DNA of 64,000 nt from Deltaproteobacteria bacterium (GTDB taxonomy: Bacteria; Desulfobacterota; WTBG01; CAIYCZ01; CAIRTM01): positions 47,390-111,389 of the forward strand of contig JAJRXD010000013.1 of the NCBI GenBank assembly GCA_024276465.1. The letters run 5' to 3'. Shown piece by piece: positions 60,141 to 64,000 of this stretch (within the stretch, counting starts at the first letter, position 1; every line of letters starts with the position of its first letter). Below the pieces are notes generated by a model. That model was given only the letters and a program-made list of their open reading frames with translations, was not told the origin of the DNA and made no database searches. The position numbers and the translations under genes are program-made.

Positions 60141-61904
60141 TCAATCTTCTTCAAGGGTCGAGGTATCCCCTAATGGCTGGCCCAGTTCTTTAGCCTTCAG
60201 CAATCGCCGCATGATCTTGCCGCTTCGTGTTTTTGGAAGTGAGGCGATAAATTCGATCTCTCTGGGAGCAGCAGCACTGGAGAGTCTCTTCATAACGAAT
60301 TTCTGGATGTCGTGCTTCAGTTTTTCTGATGGCTCGCAGTTTTCTTTCAATGAAACAAAGGCTTTGACCACTTCCATGGCGATTGGATCCGGCTTGCCAA
60401 TAACACCTGCTTCGGCTACTGCCGGATGTTCGATAAGGACAGACTCAACCTCAAAGGGGCCAACCAGGTGTCCGGCAGTGTTGATAACATCATCTGCACG
60501 ACTTACGAACCAAAAGTACCCTTCCTCGTCTTTTTTAGCTTTGTCTCCGGTGATATACCACCCGTTTTTGAACTTGGATTGATACATTTCCTCTTTTTCC
60601 CAGTAAGTTCTGAACATGGACGGCCATCCAGGCCTTAGTGCCAGGTTGCCCTCTTTGCCATGCGGGAGCTCATTGAAATCATCATCCAGCACCCCTGCCC
60701 TGATTCCCGGGAACGGCCTTCCCATGGAGCCGGGCTTAATATCCTGGACAGGATAATTGGCGATCATGATGGCCCCTGTTTCTGTCTGCCACCAGTTGTC
60801 GTGAAAAGGCTTGTCAAAAACCTTCTTTCCCCAAACCACTGCTTCAGGATTGAGCGGTTCTCCAACGCTGCATGTGTAGCGCAGTGACTTGAGATTGTAT
60901 TGCCCCGGCAGATCATCCCCGGCTTTCATGAGCATTCTGATAGCAGTTGGCGCTGTGTACCAGACCGTGACTTTCCGGCGTTCAATAAAGCTGTACCAGC
61001 GTTTTGCACTAAACGCGCCGTCATATACTACCTGGGTGATGCCATTGGACCAGGGGCCGAACATCCCATAAGATGTCCCTGTGACCCACCCCGGGTCTGC
61101 TGTGCACCAGTATATGTCTTGTGGCTGAAGGTCAAGAACATATTTTGCTGTTGCATAGTGTCCCAGGACAGCTCCATGCACATGAACAGCCCCCTTGGGC
61201 TTGCCGGTGGTGCCTGAGGTGTAATGCATAATGGCGTAATCTTCCTTCTTGGTCTTAACCGTATCGAAAGAATCAGAGGCTGCTGCCATGGCTTCTTCAT
61301 AGGAAATATCGCCAGGATCTGCTTTGTCTTTTCCTTTTTGCACTGTGATGATATTTTTAAGATCAGGCAGTTCGGGTATGATTTCAGAGATTTTCTTTTT
61401 CAGGGCAGGGCTGGTCACCAGTACCCCTGCCCTGCTGTCTATCAAACGGTCCTTCACTGCCTCAGGGCCAAAAGCTGAAAAAAGAGGTCCAATAACCCCG
61501 CCAGCCTTAAGGGTTCCAATAATGCCTATATATATTTCCGGGACCCGCTCCAGAAAGAAAAAGACCCGATCCCCTTTCCTGATACCAAGCTGCGAGACCA
61601 GAATATTGGCAAACTTGTTGCTCAGGCGTGCAAGTTCTGCAAAAGTATACTCTTCCTGTTCTCCTTTCTGGTTTTCCCATATCAGTGCCTTTTTGTCGCG
61701 ACGATCTGTTTTCAGATGAGAGTCGATAATTACACTGGCAATGTTTATATGTTCGCTGTCAAACCAGTCCATGTCCCGGGAAATCTTATCCCAGTTCAAC
61801 TCCCTGTACATCATATGATAATCATGAAGATTAGGTTTGACGGAAAAGTGTTCGATGGGTTCCTTGATTATTTTTGAATATTGCATTCTTGAATTTCCTC
61901 CCAT
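60141..61904 (-). CDS. acetate/acyl--CoA ligase (AMP-forming), Acs-like
   Basis: 587 aa. AMP-binding motif YTSGTTGKPKG. Acs-type YWCTADPGWVTGTSY motif. C-terminal Lys region SGKIMRR. Confidence 0.8.
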   Translation of the reverse strand: MGGNSRMQYSKIIKEPIEHFSVKPNLHDYHMMYRELNWDKISRDMDWFDSEHINIASVIIDSHLKTDRRDKKALIWENQKGEQEEYTFAELARLSNKFANILVSQLGIRKGDRVFFFLERVPEIYIGIIGTLKAGGVIGPLFSAFGPEAVKDRLIDSRAGVLVTSPALKKKISEIIPELPDLKNIITVQKGKDKADPGDISYEEAMAAASDSFDTVKTKKEDYAIMHYTSGTTGKPKGAVHVHGAVLGHYATAKYVLDLQPQDIYWCTADPGWVTGTSYGMFGPWSNGITQVVYDGAFSAKRWYSFIERRKVTVWYTAPTAIRMLMKAGDDLPGQYNLKSLRYTCSVGEPLNPEAVVWGKKVFDKPFHDNWWQTETGAIMIANYPVQDIKPGSMGRPFPGIRAGVLDDDFNELPHGKEGNLALRPGWPSMFRTYWEKEEMYQSKFKNGWYITGDKAKKDEEGYFWFVSRADDVINTAGHLVGPFEVESVLIEHPAVAEAGVIGKPDPIAMEVVKAFVSLKENCEPSEKLKHDIQKFVMKRLSSAAAPREIEFIASLPKTRSGKIMRRLLKAKELGQPLGDTSTLEED

Positions 61905-61917
61905 GCTGAATAGTGAT

Positions 61918-62157
61918 CTACTTTGAAGAGACCTTTGTTTCGACCAGTTTTACCAGTTCATCCACGTTTTCAAGTTCCACAAGCTCATCGCTCAGAATCT
62001 CTATTTCATACTGGTCACTGATGGCAGCTGCCAGGTTTAAAAGTGCCACAGAGTCAGCGCCAAGGTCGTCCTGCAGGTGGGCTTCAGATAGCACCTCTTT
62101 TTCATCAACGGCCAGCTCTTTTACAATTATATCTTTGATTTCAGAAAAAAATTCCAT
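61918..62157 (-). CDS. acyl carrier protein
   Basis: 79 aa. DDLGADSVALL phosphopantetheine attachment motif. Confidence 0.75.
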   Translation of the reverse strand: MEFFSEIKDIIVKELAVDEKEVLSEAHLQDDLGADSVALLNLAAAISDQYEIEILSDELVELENVDELVKLVETKVSSK

Positions 62158-62202
62158 AATATTCCTTTCCGGTGTTCCCTGTAATAAATTCCTTATACAT
62201 TG

Positions 62203-63588
62203 TCAGGTTTTTGGTTTTAGATACTGTGGCAGATGCTTCCTGATTTTATCTTTCATTTCCGTTTGCGAGATAGCAGTAGTTCTGCCCCTGTTGTATTCTT
62301 CGCCCCACCATTTGATTAAAGGAAGGACATCTCCTTCACGAACTTTTTTACCCTCTCCTAAAAATCCTTGAGATCTAAGGTAATTATTTACATATGCTAT
62401 AACCCCTTCCGGGCCTGACTTGTCTGTTAACAGGATTTCAGGATCTCTGTCAAGAAGCGTTTTGGTGTTAAAGGGATTGTATATCCTTTCATCTCTGTCT
62501 AATCCCCTGGCATGAATACCTGCCCTTGTTGTAAATGCTTCATGCCCTACAATGGATTTATTAGGCGGTATTGTCACTCCCATGTCTCTTAAATAATCTG
62601 CTGCTTCAGTGATGGCCCCAGTATTCATACCATCTTTTGTACCTTTCAAGCTGATATATTCAAAAACTGCAGCTTCCAATGGAGGATTACCTGTTCTTTC
62701 ACCAAAACCACATAAGGTGCTGTTAAGAATATCACAACCATAATACCACGCAGAAGCAGCATTTGCATGGACCTTATTGAAATCATCATGCCCGTGCCAC
62801 TCCAGCCGCTCAGTGGGCAACCCTGTTTCAGATCTTATTACATGAATTAATTTTGGTATGCCCCTGGGAAGTGCAACTTTATCATCCGGCACAGCAAATC
62901 CCATTGTATCGCACAGCCTGACCTTTATCTTTAAAGAAGCATCAACCTGATCTGAAATTTCCATTAATTTTTGCACAAATGGAACAACAAACCCATATAT
63001 ATCAGATCTTGTTAAATCCTCCAGATGACATCTTGGTCTTATTCCTTTTTCTATTGTTTTTTCAACCATAGTTACGTATTCATTGAATATTTTTTTTCTA
63101 TCCTTTTTGAGCTTTAAAAAGATATGATAATCAGAGGATGAAGTTAATAAACCTGTTTCCTTTATGCCGGCTTCCCCCAGCCACTTAAGCCGAATACTGT
63201 CTTCACGTGTTCCTCTAATCCACCCTGTTATTTCAGGAAACCTGTGTCCCTGTTCCATGCAGGCAATAACAGCTTCTTTATCTTTCTTGCTGTAAACAAA
63301 AAACTCACTGTTGACAATGATTCCATTCGGGCCGGAAATTTTATTTAAAAGATTAAAAAGATCAACTATCTGTTTGACAGTATAAGGGGGTCTGGCTTGC
63401 TGCCCGTCTCTGAAAGTAGTATCACTTATTCTTAAGTTTCTTTCAGAAACATTGCCTTCCAAATCAACCTTTTTATTGTCAAAGATAATTTTTGGAGGCA
63501 GATCATAAGGGAAAATATTTTCAAACAGTTGGGGTTTTTTCGTTTCAACTAATTTGTGTTGTGGCATTTCAGATATCCCTGTGCACAA
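62203..63588 (-). CDS. HMGL-like family enzyme (2-isopropylmalate/homocitrate/citramalate/Re-citrate synthase family)
   Basis: 461 aa. DTTFRDGQQ pyruvate-carboxyltransferase (DRE-TIM) motif. A His-x-His metal site later in the sequence (WHGHDD). Confidence 0.65.
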   Translation of the reverse strand: MCTGISEMPQHKLVETKKPQLFENIFPYDLPPKIIFDNKKVDLEGNVSERNLRISDTTFRDGQQARPPYTVKQIVDLFNLLNKISGPNGIIVNSEFFVYSKKDKEAVIACMEQGHRFPEITGWIRGTREDSIRLKWLGEAGIKETGLLTSSSDYHIFLKLKKDRKKIFNEYVTMVEKTIEKGIRPRCHLEDLTRSDIYGFVVPFVQKLMEISDQVDASLKIKVRLCDTMGFAVPDDKVALPRGIPKLIHVIRSETGLPTERLEWHGHDDFNKVHANAASAWYYGCDILNSTLCGFGERTGNPPLEAAVFEYISLKGTKDGMNTGAITEAADYLRDMGVTIPPNKSIVGHEAFTTRAGIHARGLDRDERIYNPFNTKTLLDRDPEILLTDKSGPEGVIAYVNNYLRSQGFLGEGKKVREGDVLPLIKWWGEEYNRGRTTAISQTEMKDKIRKHLPQYLKPKT

Positions 63589-64000
63589 TCAAAAGCTTTG
63601 CTGTTAAATCATCAAACTGTCCTGTTTGTAAGATTTTTCTGAACCTGCTTTTTTTTTACATTGACTCAGGACATAAATTAATAAGTGCCAGGACAGAATA
63701 TATTGCTAATTATATAATGGAGATACAGAAAGATTAGCATTTATATTAATGCTTGGCAATACTTAAATAACATCATGACTTTTTCTGACTGATGTCTGTC
63801 ATTTTTTTTCTTCGGGAGTTCCTGTTGTGGCTCATCAGATAAGGCTGAAAATCCGGGTTGAAACATCCTGGATATATCCGGAATTCTAAAGTTGTTGTCT
63901 GAAATGCCTGGATGAGATATGGTAGAAATCCCCGGCCGGATATTTGTCTTTCAAGCCATTTATTTTTAAGGAGTGGGCATGATTAAAAAAAGTTATTTTT

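Noticed and set aside
63492-63737. 81-aa ORF at the end of the window
   Set aside because: It overlaps the HMGL-like gene start and promoter region and has no motif. It is likely spurious.

Overview
This is a 64-kb bacterial chromosomal segment. The gene content (nrdDG, etfAB, sigma-54 regulators, QueG, type IV pilus genes) is compatible with an anaerobic Deltaproteobacteria/Desulfobacterota-like organism, but that is only an inference. It is gene-dense.

Ordinary content, in order:
- Housekeeping block 1-16 kb: ispF' (5' partial), cysS, uvrB, queG, pcm, a class A PBP, yraN, rnhB, rplS, trmD, a KH protein, rpsP, yjbQ, phoH, a 7TM-HD protein and ybeY.
- An anaerobic ribonucleotide reductase locus (nrdD, a glutaredoxin-like gene, nrdG). 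nrdD is interrupted by a single in-frame TAA just before its glycyl-radical domain.
- A type IV pilus block: PilZ, RfaE-II, a GspE/PilB ATPase, fimT/pilW/pilV/pilX/pilY1 and a small secreted protein.
- A PHP phosphoesterase, etfBA, an NtrC-type two-component pair, a STAS protein, an MBL hydrolase and a secreted beta-propeller repeat protein.
- phoB/phoR, then pstSCAB-phoU, followed by an Acs-like CoA ligase, an ACP and an HMGL-family synthase.

The most striking region is a roughly 12.3-kb defence island (42.6-54.9 kb) that splits phoBR from pstSCAB-phoU. It is a single minus-strand, translationally coupled gene string (adjacent ORFs overlap by 4-14 nt): half-hsdS, hsdM, a patatin phospholipase (CapV-like), a cGAS/DncV-like nucleotidyltransferase, an E2/UBC-like protein, hsdS, a REP-associated tyrosine transposase, an AlbA_2/HATPase protein, hsdR and a DUF45 metallohydrolase. 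In other words, a short type II-like CBASS cassette sits inside a Type I restriction-modification operon between hsdM and hsdS.

The transposase (RAYT) ORF contains six GTAG-headed REP palindromes, and their stem bases co-vary between copies. The pst operon itself carries small palindromic insertions: a 170-bp element at the pstS/pstC junction with 18-bp direct repeats, and an unusual 349-bp hairpin-rich pstC-pstA spacer. No rRNA, tRNA or CRISPR arrays were recognised.
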